Source of the DNA: an uncultured Smithella sp.
Lineage (GTDB): Bacteria; Desulfobacterota; Syntrophia; Syntrophales; Smithellaceae
Direction of reading: 5' to 3'
NCBI GenBank assembly: GCA_964491435.1
Contig: CAZBGE010000003.1
Location: forward strand, 3,644-67,643
Length of the DNA: 64,000 bases
The notes under the pieces are model-generated. The model saw nothing but the letters and a program-made list of their open reading frames with translations. It did not search any database and was not told where the DNA came from. Of the stretch, positions 46,583-57,600 are shown in pieces; position 1 is the stretch's first letter, and the number at the start of each line of letters is the position of its first letter. The translations under genes and the position numbers were made by a program.

Positions 46583-48466
46583 ATGATGATTTCCAATATC
46601 CTGAAACGGTTTCATTTAAGCGGCGCGCGATTGATCATCGGCGAATTGGAGCCTAATATTCGCATTCTGGAAACAATTGTTTCTTCGACGGAAAAAGAAT
46701 TTCTGGCCATCGGCGAAAAAATACAGGAGTTTCATCAACGGGCAAACGATCTTTCCTGTATGGCGTCGCAAATCGCGGGAAAAATTTCCGGCCGGGAGAT
46801 GAAGGATGTTTATGAAAAATTCAGCGGAATATCAACCATTACCGGCAGTCTTTCCGGAGGCATGTTCGAAGAAAAAAATACGATTCGCGTGATTTTAGAG
46901 CATTTTGACGCGCTCCGGAAACCGCTTGAGGATTTTGAAAAAGTTGTCCGTAATTTGAATGTGTTATGTAATTTTATCAAAATTGAGATCGCCCGTCTCG
47001 GGCTGGATGATACATCGTTTCACAAACTCTCGGAAGATGTCGGACGGCTTGCCAATGTTATCGGCCGGATCATCAAATCTCTGGCCGATCAGGCCGGCTC
47101 GGCTGTTTTTTCTCTGAAGGATGATATCGCCTTGATTGAAAAAAGTGATGAGCGGCAGAAAGTTCAGGCCACGCTGATTTCGAAAAAAATCAACGCCAAC
47201 CTGTCGGCAATCTCGGAGAAGAATATCGTGTCGTCCAAAACGATTTCCGGCATTTCTCAGACGTGGGATCGTATATCACAAAATGTCGGCGAAGTGGTTC
47301 AGTCTCTGCAATTTCATGATATCACCCGTCAACGCGTGGACCATGCCCGCGAAGCGCTGGAAGGCCTGCCGCAAAAACTGGATGTCTGGGAAAGGGAAAA
47401 AAAGACGCTGCCTTTCCTGAGAATATTAAATCATCAGGCAGCGCCAGCCAGAGGCGCAACTTCAGGCGTTTACCGGCGAACGGATTTGATCGCCGATCTG
47501 TTTGATTTGCAGGCGGCGCAGATCTCGAGCGCCGAGCAAGGTCTGATGGAGGCGATGGAAAGAATTTTACAAAGCCTCCGTTTGGTTATGAAAGATGCCG
47601 TGGAGATTTCCAGGAATATTCTGCTGGTTACCGGCCACAATGGCGGCGGGAAAGATACGTTTCTTGCTCAGGTGGAAAAAGATGTCAACGTTCTTGCCGG
47701 CTACGCGGACGAAGTGGCGCGCATCAAACAGGATTTGACGGCGGCCATGTCCGCTTTGTCCAAAACGGCGATGGGCATGTCTGCTTTTGTGAAAGATATG
47801 GAAAAAATCGGCATTGAAATGCAGCGTCTGGCTGTCAACGCCCGCGTCCATGCGGCGCATCTCGGAGAACGTGGGGCTACCCTGGGAGTGCTGGCGGAAG
47901 CCATTCATCAACTGTCGATGGAAACATCATCGATGGTGCAAAGCATCATGTCCTCGCTGCAGGAGGTTGCGGAGAACGCCGGGCGGCTGTCCGGCATGGC
48001 GGACGCCGAAGGCGGCGGGCAGTTAACGCGAATCCGCGCAGATTTTGTCACGATACTGGCTCCCCTGAAGAAAATGGAATCGGAGCTTGCCGCCCTGTTG
48101 CCGCGCATGGAACAATCCGGCGTATTGCTGGCGAACGATATCGGAGATCTTGTGGACGGTGTGCATGTTCATGAAAAAATAAGTTCAGGGCTTGTGCAAG
48201 TCGTAAACTATCTGCGCGCGACAGTTCATGGAGTAAGGGCGGCCGGAGAAAAAAGAACGGAAGGGCGGAAGGACGGTTATCTCGAAGAGGTATCCGGAAA
48301 ATATACGATGCACAGCGAAAGGGCCACGCATATGGCTTCCACGGGAGGACAGGCGCAAAAGCCGGGAGCAGCGGCAGACGTCGCGCAACCGGAGAAAATT
48401 TCACCCGCAACTCAAGCAGCCGGAAATGACGGCGGCGATCTGGGGGATAATGTTGAGCTGTTTTAA
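46583..48466 (+). CDS. Soluble coiled-coil protein with two degenerate MCP-signalling-tip-like segments and a DxxxQ (CheZ-like) motif
   Basis: 627 aa, no TM helix, highly helical.
- Tip-like segment at 46961-47062: VLCNFIKIEIARLGLDDTSFHKLSEDVGRLA.
- Tip-like segment at 47819-47917: MQRLAVNARVHAAHLGERGATLGVLAEAIHQLS.
- Compare the true MCP tip [30 protein letters not shown].
- QFHDITRQ at 47309-47332.
- A low-complexity tail ending GDNVELF. Confidence 0.8.
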   Translation: MMISNILKRFHLSGARLIIGELEPNIRILETIVSSTEKEFLAIGEKIQEFHQRANDLSCMASQIAGKISGREMKDVYEKFSGISTITGSLSGGMFEEKNTIRVILEHFDALRKPLEDFEKVVRNLNVLCNFIKIEIARLGLDDTSFHKLSEDVGRLANVIGRIIKSLADQAGSAVFSLKDDIALIEKSDERQKVQATLISKKINANLSAISEKNIVSSKTISGISQTWDRISQNVGEVVQSLQFHDITRQRVDHAREALEGLPQKLDVWEREKKTLPFLRILNHQAAPARGATSGVYRRTDLIADLFDLQAAQISSAEQGLMEAMERILQSLRLVMKDAVEISRNILLVTGHNGGGKDTFLAQVEKDVNVLAGYADEVARIKQDLTAAMSALSKTAMGMSAFVKDMEKIGIEMQRLAVNARVHAAHLGERGATLGVLAEAIHQLSMETSSMVQSIMSSLQEVAENAGRLSGMADAEGGGQLTRIRADFVTILAPLKKMESELAALLPRMEQSGVLLANDIGDLVDGVHVHEKISSGLVQVVNYLRATVHGVRAAGEKRTEGRKDGYLEEVSGKYTMHSERATHMASTGGQAQKPGAAADVAQPEKISPATQAAGNDGGDLGDNVELF

Positions 48467-48470
48467 AAAA

Positions 48471-49613
48471 TCAGTCCTGCGACGGCAGAAATTCCTTTGG
48501 ATTTTCCTGGTAAATCGCAATACAAGCATCGACGACTTGGGGATCGTAAAGGATGCCGCGATGAATGGTGATTTCTTCCATGGCGGCTTCAATGCCCAGT
48601 GCGGGGCGGTAAGGGCGATGCGCGGACATGGCTTCAATCACGTCGGCGACAGCGACAATCCGTGCTTCCAGAATAATGTCGTCCCCTTTCAATCCCTGCG
48701 GATAGCCGGAGCCGTCTAATCGTTCATGATGCTGCAGGATAATCTGCTCAATGGGATAGGGGAACTCAATAGGTTTGATGATATCATGGGCATTTTGAGA
48801 GTGGGTTTTGACCATCTCCAGTTCCAGACGGCTTAAACGTCCGGGTTTGGTCAGAATTTCGGAGGGGACGGACATTTTGCCGATATCATGAAGCTGCCCG
48901 GCGATCCGGATGGTTTCCACCTGGTGTTCGGGCAAGGCCATTTTCTGCGCGATAATGCAGGCGATGCGGGCGACCTGTTGCTCATGGCCTGCTGTGTAGG
49001 GGTCCCGGCTTTCCACAATTTTGGACATGGCCAGCACGGTTCCTTCCAGAATGAGCCTCGTCTTTTCGAAACTGGCTTTGAGCTCCTCCGCCCTTTGACT
49101 TAAATGCAGCGTTTTGATGCGTACTTTTTCTTCCAGACTTTTATTGAGTTCGAGCAATTCCGCATTCTGCTTTCTGACCAGTTCATTGAGCAGCCGGTTT
49201 TCGATCATCAGTTCCGCCTTGGCCAGTAACTGGTTTATCGCGTAAATTAACTCGCTTTTTTGCCAGGGCTTGGTGATATACAGATGAATGCCGCCGTTGT
49301 TGATGGCGTCGATGATCGCATCCGTGTCAGTGTAACCGGTTAAAAGCACGCGCAGGGCGTTCGGGCAGATTTTCCGGGCCTGTGTGAAAAACTGAACGCC
49401 CGTCATGCCCGGCATCATCTGATCGGAGATAATCAGGGAAAAAATAGGGGATTCCTTTAAAATTTTAAGCCCTTCTTCAGCGGAATGCGCCGTGTGCAAG
49501 TCATATCCTTCATCTTCCAGCATCATGGTCATGATATCCAGAATGGCTTCTTCGTCATCGATCAGCAAAAGGGAATGCCTGTATTTTAATTTATTGAATG
49601 GTAATGAATTCAT
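48471..49613 (-). CDS. Response regulator with HD-GYP domain (c-di-GMP phosphodiesterase, RpfG family)
   Basis: REC domain (LLIDDEE...LIISDQMMPGMTG), a coiled-coil linker, and an HD-GYP domain (GQLHDIGK, HHERLDGSGYPQG). Confidence 0.9.
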   Translation of the reverse strand: MNSLPFNKLKYRHSLLLIDDEEAILDIMTMMLEDEGYDLHTAHSAEEGLKILKESPIFSLIISDQMMPGMTGVQFFTQARKICPNALRVLLTGYTDTDAIIDAINNGGIHLYITKPWQKSELIYAINQLLAKAELMIENRLLNELVRKQNAELLELNKSLEEKVRIKTLHLSQRAEELKASFEKTRLILEGTVLAMSKIVESRDPYTAGHEQQVARIACIIAQKMALPEHQVETIRIAGQLHDIGKMSVPSEILTKPGRLSRLELEMVKTHSQNAHDIIKPIEFPYPIEQIILQHHERLDGSGYPQGLKGDDIILEARIVAVADVIEAMSAHRPYRPALGIEAAMEEITIHRGILYDPQVVDACIAIYQENPKEFLPSQD

Positions 49614-49805
49614 ATATTTATTTTCACATAGCCCCTTGTTGTTTTTTGCCTGCTATTTTTGAACTTTATCCTTTTGGTAAATAGGAAAAAACCTTAGCAG
49701 AATACGCCAGAGAAAAAAAGCATAAAATGGGCTGACGAAACCCCTTGCCCCGGCAACATTGATTGATGAAGCGGCAGGGCGCTGCCGGGGGCCGGCTTAT
49801 GCCGT

Positions 49806-52655
49806 TTACTTCCTGCCGGGAAGTCTGTCTGGACGGTTTTTCTGTTCAGCGAGAATGTTTTTTAAAAAACAACCGGTTGCGGATTGTTCGTGGCCCGCTA
49901 TGTCCTCAACCGTCCCCGCAGCAACGATCCGGCCTCCGCCCGGGCCGCCTTCGGGACCCAGGTCAATCACATGATCCGCGTTCTTGATGACGTCCAGATT
50001 ATGCTCGATGATCACCATGGTGTTGCCCATGTCCACCAGCCGCATCAGTACGTCGAGCAGTCTCTGGATATCGGCAAAGTGCAGGCCGATCGTGGGTTCG
50101 TCCAGAATATAAAGAGTATTGCTGTTCGTTTTTTTGCCCAGTTCCCGCGCCAGTTTGATGCGCTGCGCCTCGCCGCCGGACAGGGTTGTGGCCGGCTGTC
50201 CCAGGCGGATGTACCCTAGTCCCACGTCAGCCAGTAATTGCAGATGCGCTTTGAGGGACGGGATATTGGAAAAGAAGTCCAGCGCCTGCGAGACGGTCAT
50301 GTCCAGCACGTCGGCGATGCTTTTGTCCTTGTATTTGATGTCCAGCGTATCTGAGTTAAAGCGCTTGCCCCGGCAGACATCGCAGGTGACATAGACATCC
50401 GGCAGGAAGTGCATTTCAATTTTGAGCAACCCGTTGCCTTCGCAGGCTTCACATCTTCCGCCTTTGACGTTGAAGCTGAAGCGCCCCGGCTGGAAGCCGC
50501 GCATGCGCGCTTCCGGAAGACCGGTGAAAAGATCGCGTATGTAGGAAAAGATGCCGGTATAAGTGACGGGATTGGACCGGGGCGTCCGTCCGATCGGCTG
50601 CTGATTGATCATGATGACCCGATCGATGCCTCCCATGTCTTTGACCCGTTTGATTTTTCCCATGGAGCCGCTCTGTCCGGTCAAACGCCGCGCCATGACT
50701 TTGTAAAGCGTTTCAATCACCATAGTGCTTTTACCAGAACCGGATACGCCCGTGACCGCCGTCAAAACGCCCGTCGGAATCTTGATGTCAATGTTTTGAA
50801 GATTGTTTTCCGAAGCGCCTTCCAGAATGATATGGCGTCCTGAGGGGAAGCGCCTTTTGGCGGGAGGGGCGATGGATTTTCTGCCGGACAGATATTGGCC
50901 GGTGAGCGACGCTTCGCTTTGCCGCGCCTCAGCGGGCGCGCCCTGAAAAATTACTTCGCCGCCGTGCACGCCCGCGCCCGGCCCCATATCGACAATATGA
51001 TCGCAGGCCAGCATCATATCCGCGTCATGTTCCACCACCAAAACGGTGTTGCCCATGTCGCGCAGTTTTTTCAGCGTGTCAATCAGCCGCAGATTGTCTC
51101 TTTGGTGAAGGCCGATGGTCGGCTCGTCGAGCACATACAAAACACCCATCAGGCCGGAGCCGATTTGCGTGGCCAGCCGGATGCGCTGGGACTCGCCGCC
51201 GGAAAGCGTGGCAGTGGAACGCGCCAGGCTTAAATAATCCAGGCCGACGTTGAGGAGAAAGGAAAGTCTGCTTTTGATTTCCTTGAGGACGCGTTCGGTG
51301 ATCAACGCCTCCTGCGCGGAAATGGTCAGGCTTTCAAAAAACTGGAAGCATGCGCGGATGGGCATCAGGCAGAGATCGTAAATATTCTTGCCGCCCACCG
51401 TTACGGCCAGGGTTTCCTTTTTCAGCCGCGCGCCCTGGCAGGCTTCGCAGGGCCGCAAGTCGATAAAACGGGCCAGGTCGTTGCGCACCGCCGTGGAGGT
51501 TGTTTCTTTCCAGCGGCGTTCCAGTTGTTTGATAACTCCTTCAAACGGGCGTTCAGCGAAATAGCGCGTGTTGTCCCGGTCGTAATGAAACTTGACGGCT
51601 TCCGTTCCGGATCCGTAAAGCAGCGCATGGCGGATTCTTTCCGGCAGTTGATGAAACGGCAGATCCAGATCGAATTGATAGTGCGAGGACAGAGAATCAA
51701 GAAAGCTGGCATAGTAGGGCGAGTTGCGGTTTGCCCAGGGCGCGATCGCGCCTTCACGCAATGACAGGCTCACATCCGGCGTCACCAGATCCTCGGCGAA
51801 GTGCATGCGCGATCCCAGGCCGTTGCATTGCGGACAAGCGCCGTAGGGCGTATTGAAAGAAAACATGCGGGGGGCAAGCGACGGCATGCTGACGCCGCAG
51901 TCGGGGCAGGCGTATTTTTCCGAATAAAGGGTTTCAGAGCCTTCCGTGGTGACGATCCGGACCAGACCGTCACTTTTGGCCATGGCGATTTCCAGGGAGT
52001 CCCGCAGCCTTTTGCGGATTCCGTTTTTGAGGATCAGGCGGTCGACAATCAAGTCAATGTGATGGCGTTTGGTTTTTGCCAGGACAATGTCTTCGGACAG
52101 GTCGCGGATTTCACCGTCAATGCGGACGCGGGCGAATCCTTCCTTTTGCAGTTTTTTCAGTTCTTTGGCGAACTCGCCTTTTTTTCCGCGCACCAGCGGC
52201 GCCAAAACACTGAAACGCGCGCCTTCGGGCAAGCTGAGAATGTTTTGCAGAATAACGTCAATGGTTTGCGATTGAATTTCCCGTCCGCATTCAGGGCAGT
52301 GGCAGACGCCGATGCCGGCGAACAGCAGACGGAAGTAATCGTATATTTCAGTCACCGTTCCCACGGTGGAACGCGGGTTATGGCTGGCCGCGCGCTGTTC
52401 GATGGCGATGGCGGGCGAAAGGCCTTCGATGGATTCCACGTCCGGTTTGTCCATCTGGCCGATAAACTGGCGCGCATAGGTCGAGAGGGATTCGACATAG
52501 CGGCGCTGGCCCTCGGCGTAAATGGTGTCGAATGCCAGGGATGACTTGCCCGAACCGGAAACGCCGGTGATGACTACCAGCTTGTCGCGGGGAATATCCA
52601 GACTGACCTTTTTCAGATTATGCTGGGACGCGCCCTTGATTCTTATGGAATCCAT
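49806..52655 (-). CDS. uvrA: Excinuclease ABC subunit A
   Basis: 949 aa with two ABC ATPase modules ([23 protein letters not shown]; GVSGSGKST) and zinc-finger Cys motifs. Confidence 0.96.
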   Translation of the reverse strand: MDSIRIKGASQHNLKKVSLDIPRDKLVVITGVSGSGKSSLAFDTIYAEGQRRYVESLSTYARQFIGQMDKPDVESIEGLSPAIAIEQRAASHNPRSTVGTVTEIYDYFRLLFAGIGVCHCPECGREIQSQTIDVILQNILSLPEGARFSVLAPLVRGKKGEFAKELKKLQKEGFARVRIDGEIRDLSEDIVLAKTKRHHIDLIVDRLILKNGIRKRLRDSLEIAMAKSDGLVRIVTTEGSETLYSEKYACPDCGVSMPSLAPRMFSFNTPYGACPQCNGLGSRMHFAEDLVTPDVSLSLREGAIAPWANRNSPYYASFLDSLSSHYQFDLDLPFHQLPERIRHALLYGSGTEAVKFHYDRDNTRYFAERPFEGVIKQLERRWKETTSTAVRNDLARFIDLRPCEACQGARLKKETLAVTVGGKNIYDLCLMPIRACFQFFESLTISAQEALITERVLKEIKSRLSFLLNVGLDYLSLARSTATLSGGESQRIRLATQIGSGLMGVLYVLDEPTIGLHQRDNLRLIDTLKKLRDMGNTVLVVEHDADMMLACDHIVDMGPGAGVHGGEVIFQGAPAEARQSEASLTGQYLSGRKSIAPPAKRRFPSGRHIILEGASENNLQNIDIKIPTGVLTAVTGVSGSGKSTMVIETLYKVMARRLTGQSGSMGKIKRVKDMGGIDRVIMINQQPIGRTPRSNPVTYTGIFSYIRDLFTGLPEARMRGFQPGRFSFNVKGGRCEACEGNGLLKIEMHFLPDVYVTCDVCRGKRFNSDTLDIKYKDKSIADVLDMTVSQALDFFSNIPSLKAHLQLLADVGLGYIRLGQPATTLSGGEAQRIKLARELGKKTNSNTLYILDEPTIGLHFADIQRLLDVLMRLVDMGNTMVIIEHNLDVIKNADHVIDLGPEGGPGGGRIVAAGTVEDIAGHEQSATGCFLKNILAEQKNRPDRLPGRK

Positions 52656-52673
52656 CGGATGCTTGACTGTTTC

Positions 52674-53651
52674 CTAAAGCCGGATGTCAATGAAGGATTT
52701 TTTACGGAGGCCTTCAATCCATTCATCATATTTTTTAGAGACTTTTTCGTCTTCAATTTTTGCTTTAATTTCATTGCGCACCATGGGCAGGGGTTTAAAT
52801 CCTTCTCCCCGCTTATCGACAACGGCGATAATGTGGAATCCCATATCTGATTCAATGACCTCGCTTAGCTGGCCCGGAGAAAGGGCAAAAGCGGCCTGCT
52901 CCACCTGCGGCAGGATCACGCCTCTTTCCACAAAGCCGATATCTCCGCCCTGGGCCGCGGCCGGTTCTTTGGAATATTGCGCCGCCAGCATTTCAAACGG
53001 CTCGCCTTGAAGAATGCGTTCCCGCAACTGCCTGGCCTGCTGTCTGACACTTTCCCGCATCATGGTTCCCGCCTCTTTGGAGGCCGGCAGTAAGATCTGG
53101 CGGATATGGACCGCTTCCTTTCCCTCATAATCCTGGCGGTGTTTGTTGTAATACTCGCCGATTTCTTCGTCGGTGACCAGAATTTTGGACTGCACTTCTC
53201 TCCTGAGCAGCCTCATGCGCAGCATCTGCGCGGTGATCTCCTTTTTGACGTTGTCCAGAGAGCTTCCTTCCTCAACCAATTTTTTTAAGTAGTTTTCCAT
53301 GGATACGTTGTTTTTGGCCAGCATGTTTCTAAGCACGTCCATCACTTCCTCGTCTTTGATGGAGGCGACGCCCAAGCCCGCCTTTTTTGCTTCATGTTCA
53401 ATCAGGATCTGATCGATCAGCCGTTGCAGGAAAGCGGCTTTGTTCTGCTTCAAAACAGCTTCCTTGTCGTTGCCGTGATAGGTGGCCTCAATTCTTTTGG
53501 CATATGGTTCAAACGCCCGGTTGAGTTCGCTGAGCGTGATGATGTCGTCATTGACCACGGCGACGATTCTGTCCGTCACTTCGGCGGTAACCATTCCATT
53601 CATCAATAAAATTGCTAAGATGATCGTGACGCCTGTTTTCAAAACCTTCAC
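52674..53651 (-). CDS. SurA-like periplasmic chaperone / parvulin-type peptidyl-prolyl isomerase
   Basis: 325 aa. Signal peptide, SurA N-terminal-type domain ([16 protein letters not shown]) and parvulin domain ([10 protein letters not shown]...GFHIIAV). Confidence 0.85.
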   Translation of the reverse strand: MKVLKTGVTIILAILLMNGMVTAEVTDRIVAVVNDDIITLSELNRAFEPYAKRIEATYHGNDKEAVLKQNKAAFLQRLIDQILIEHEAKKAGLGVASIKDEEVMDVLRNMLAKNNVSMENYLKKLVEEGSSLDNVKKEITAQMLRMRLLRREVQSKILVTDEEIGEYYNKHRQDYEGKEAVHIRQILLPASKEAGTMMRESVRQQARQLRERILQGEPFEMLAAQYSKEPAAAQGGDIGFVERGVILPQVEQAAFALSPGQLSEVIESDMGFHIIAVVDKRGEGFKPLPMVRNEIKAKIEDEKVSKKYDEWIEGLRKKSFIDIRL

Positions 53652-53682
53652 GGTATGTCCCCCTGCTTCATTTATTTTTGAG

Positions 53683-54663
53683 TCATCCGCCGGAGAATGT
53701 GCGTTCTTTTCTGACAGCGGCCCTGAGCTTCAATTCTTCCAGCCAGGCGGCAAACGCCGCGTCTTCCTTTTGCGCCCGGAGACCGGCCATAATATCTTTC
53801 CGGCAATCGGCAAAAGACCTTGTTCCGGCCGGATGGATTTCGGTCACCTTAAAAATGTGCCATCCATAGGCGCTTCTGACAATCGGGCTTATTTTGCCCG
53901 CCGGCAGCTTAAAAAGCGTTTTGTCCAGCGGTTCCGGGAGGGTCCGCCGCGCAATCAAGCCCAGGTTGCCTCCGCGGGACGCTTCCGGTCCCAGGGATTC
54001 CCGGGCCGCGACGGCGGAAAAATCCTCGCCCTGATCCAGGCGGGTCTTAATTTCCCCGGCTTTATGCGGGTCCCGCACAACAATTTGCAGTGCCCGGATA
54101 CGCATTTCCGTCCGGCAAGCGCCGGGATGGGCGTGAAAATAATTCTCCGCTTCTTTTTCCGAAACACTGATCCGCGCATTGACGTCTGCGGCCACCAGCT
54201 TGTCCATCAGCATCTCTTTTTTGAGTTCTTCACGCCATGATTCATATCGCACATTTTGCGCGCGGAGCAAATCAAAAAAATTGTCGCCGTAGTCTTTGCG
54301 CATATTCATTAATTTTCCGTCCAGCTCCGTTTGGCTGACGGAGAGGTTCAGCTCTCGGGCGCGCTGGAGGACAATTTTTTCCGTGATCATGGATTCCAGA
54401 ATTTCCTCTTCCAGAAGACGCTGTTTTTTCAGTGAATCCGGAAAGAACTGGGGAGAAAGAATGCCTTTTTGGGCGTTCAAACGCTCACGATATTCATCCA
54501 GATAGATTTTTTCACCATTAACCGTGGCGACGGTTTTCCGGCTGCGGAATTTTTCATTATCGCAGGATGCCGTCAGGCACAGGGCGCCCAGCAAGGCCAG
54601 AGGCATTAACCATTTGATTTGTTTTATTAATTTATTTGATCCGGACGGCGGTATGTTTTTCAT
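53683..54663 (-). CDS. Lipoprotein parvulin-type peptidyl-prolyl isomerase (SurA/PrsA-like)
   Basis: 326 aa. Lipobox LTASC, SurA_N-like region, and parvulin domain (GGNLGLIARR...GWHIFKV). Confidence 0.8.
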   Translation of the reverse strand: MKNIPPSGSNKLIKQIKWLMPLALLGALCLTASCDNEKFRSRKTVATVNGEKIYLDEYRERLNAQKGILSPQFFPDSLKKQRLLEEEILESMITEKIVLQRARELNLSVSQTELDGKLMNMRKDYGDNFFDLLRAQNVRYESWREELKKEMLMDKLVAADVNARISVSEKEAENYFHAHPGACRTEMRIRALQIVVRDPHKAGEIKTRLDQGEDFSAVAARESLGPEASRGGNLGLIARRTLPEPLDKTLFKLPAGKISPIVRSAYGWHIFKVTEIHPAGTRSFADCRKDIMAGLRAQKEDAAFAAWLEELKLRAAVRKERTFSGG

Positions 54664-54686
54664 GGCGCTGTATATCGTGATAATGA

Positions 54687-57600
54687 TTATTGGGCAAGCA
54701 TCTTTAAAAGATGCTCGGCCTGATCCAGAATTTCCGGCGCGGTCGCCGCAGCGGCGGGCAAAAACAGCCGGAAATCGGGCGTGAAGCGTAAGCCCTTGAT
54801 TTTCTTTCGGGAGATGGCGATAATTTTGCCCGGATCAATCGGCGATGTTTCCCGGAAAAACAGATAAAAGTATTTGCCGTCGTATCCCATTTTTTTTGCT
54901 TTCAGCGGCGTTAAATAATTGCGGATGCCAATCACGCGCAAAAGATTATCCGCCGTCTGGGGCGGAGGGCCATAGCAGTCTGCCAGTTCGTTGCGAATCT
55001 CCTGGAGGTCTTCGGGAGTCGCCGCCAGGGAAATCCTTTTATAGAGCATCAGACGTTGGTGAACGTCCTGCACATAATCTTCGGGGAGAAAGGCGGAAAT
55101 GCCCATTTGAATTTCCGGGGGCGCTTCTTCGACCGGCGCCGCGTTTCCCTGGATTTCCCGGACTGTTTTTTCCATCAGTTCGGTATAAAGCTCGTAGCCG
55201 ACGGCGGAGATATGCCCCGCCTGCGAAAGGCCCAGCAGATTGCCGCCCCCGCGGATTTCCAGATCGTTGTAAGCGATGCGGAACCCGGAGCCAGGTTCGG
55301 AAAATTCCTTGATGGACTGAAGCCTTCTTAAGGCGTCGCGCGACAGGAGAGCGCCCTTCGGCAAGAGCAGATAGGCGCAGGCTTCCTGATTGCCCCGGCC
55401 CACGCGGCCCCGGATCTGGTAAAGCTGCGCCAGGCCGAAACGATCGGCGCGGTTGATGATGATGGTGTTGGCCGACGGAATATCCAGTCCCGAGCCGATA
55501 ATTGTTGTGCAAACCAGCACGTCCATTTCCCGGCGGATAAACTGCGACATGGCTTTCTCGATCTCCGCCGGTTTCATCTGTCCGTGGACAACTCCGACTC
55601 TGGCCTGCGGCGCCAGCCGCTGCACCAGGCGGGCGATGGAATAAATGGAGCGCACCCGGTCGTGGACAAAAAACACCTGTCCGGCGCGCGCCAGTTCGCT
55701 TTCCACCGCAGACTTGATGGTGTCTTCATCGAATTCGAGAACATAGGTTTTAATCGGCTGGCGTTCTTCCGGCGGCGTATTGATAATGGACAGATCGCGG
55801 ATGCCGACCAGCGAAAGATGCAGTGTGCGCGGAATCGGGGTGGCCGAGAGGGTCAGCACATCGACGAGGGCCCGCATCTTTTTCAATTTTTCTTTGTGCG
55901 ACACGCCGAAGCGCTGCTCTTCATCGATAATCACCAGCCCCAGATCTTTGAATTCCACATCCTTCTGGAGCAGCCGGTGCGTGCCGACGACGATGTCCAC
56001 TTTCCCCAGGCGCAGATCCGCCAGTGTCTTTTTGATGTCGGCGGAGCTTTTAAAGCGGTTGAGCGCTTCCACGCGAACGGGAAAATCGCCCAGACGCTGC
56101 GAGAAAGTCGCATGATGCTGTTCGGCCAGAATGGTGGTGGGCGCCAGGAGCGCCGCCTGCCTGCCGTCCATCACCGCCCGGAACGCCGCCCGGAGCGCGA
56201 CTTCTGTTTTGCCGAACCCGGCGTCTCCGCAGATCAGCCGGTCCATCGGTTTGGCGTCATCCATGTCGGCGTGGATGTCTTCAATGGCTTTGAGCTGATC
56301 GGGTGTTTCTTCAAAAGCAAAGGTTGAACAGAACTCTTCATAGACGCGATCGGGAGGCGCAAAGGATTTTCGCTCCATCGCCTCGCGCGTGGCGTAAATC
56401 GCCACCAGTTCCTCGGCCACGTCGCGGACGGACTTTTTGACCCTTTCCTTGACCGCGTTCCAGGACGTTCCGCCCATTTTGTCGATTTTCGGCGCGCAAC
56501 CGTCCGGTCCGAGATAGCGCTGAATCTTTTCCAGGGAATTGACCGGCAGATAAAGTTTGTCGGCGTCAAGATATTCAATGAGGAGAAAATCATTTTCGAT
56601 TGCGCCCACGGTTATTTTTTGCAGGCCCCGGTAAACCCCGATGCCGAAATCCGTGTGCACGACAAAATCCCCCTCTGTCAAATCACCGAAAGATTTCAGG
56701 AAATAACCTTCACGTGGCGGACGTAGGCGGCGGCGCGTCTTTTTGACAAAAATGTCCTCCTCGCTGAAAAACGCCAGGCCCATCGTTTCGAAGACAAAAC
56801 CGCCGGACAGTTTTCCTTCCTGTAACAGAAGCGAGGCGGCGTCATCCGGATGATCGATAGTTTGCAGAAGATGGTTGTCCGCAGGGAGAATTTGCGCCGG
56901 CAGATCATAGCCCGCCAGCAGATGTTTCATCCTGGCGGCGTCTTCCGGAGTGGGCGAGATCAGGAAGACTTGCATGCCTTGAGCCAGCCAGTGTTTGATT
57001 CCATCCGCGGTCTTGCGCAGCAGCGCCTCTTCCTTGACTTCGCCGGCTGCGGTTTCGGCGGTCACCTTGTTCCGGGCGGCGGCCAGGGTGACACAGGGAG
57101 CTGGCGTGGATCCGCCGTCCAGCGTCAGGCCGGAAAACCGGATCTGCTGAAAGGCCGCCAGACGGGCGTGCAGCGCTTCTTCGTCCAGATAAACGCCGGC
57201 GTTTTCCAGATAAAACTTTCCGCCCGCTTTCGCCTTATAGAGCAGCTTATCGATATTGGCGGCGGCGTTTTGCGCGGCCTGATTGATCGCCGGGGGATCG
57301 TTAAAGACAAACAGGGAGTTTTGCGGCAGGTAATCAAAAAGGCTTGAAAGTTTTTGACGGAGAGCTCCGTCCGCAACATCATAATCTTCATAAAACAGGG
57401 GAAGAAAGATCGGGTTGACAGAAGTTGCGGACTGCTGCCGCAGTGTTTCGACAAGCCGGCTGCGCAGATCGCGCGGCAGATCCAGATCGTCGGCCCGGCG
57501 TTTGACATTACGGACGGCGATTTGCAATCTTGCCTCGTCGATCAGAATTTCACCGGCCGGACCGAGAACGAAAGCATCCACGGCAAGTCCTGAGCGCTGC

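Noticed and set aside
46304-46615. 103-aa minus-strand ORF spanning the activator/MCP-like intergenic region. Also ORFs 44322-44555(-) and 44506-44823(+) around the small Cys-rich ORF.
   Set aside because: They overlap the predicted sigma-54 promoters and leaders, have no RBS that I could see, and have implausible composition. The Cys-rich frame starting at 44490 is the better-supported reading.
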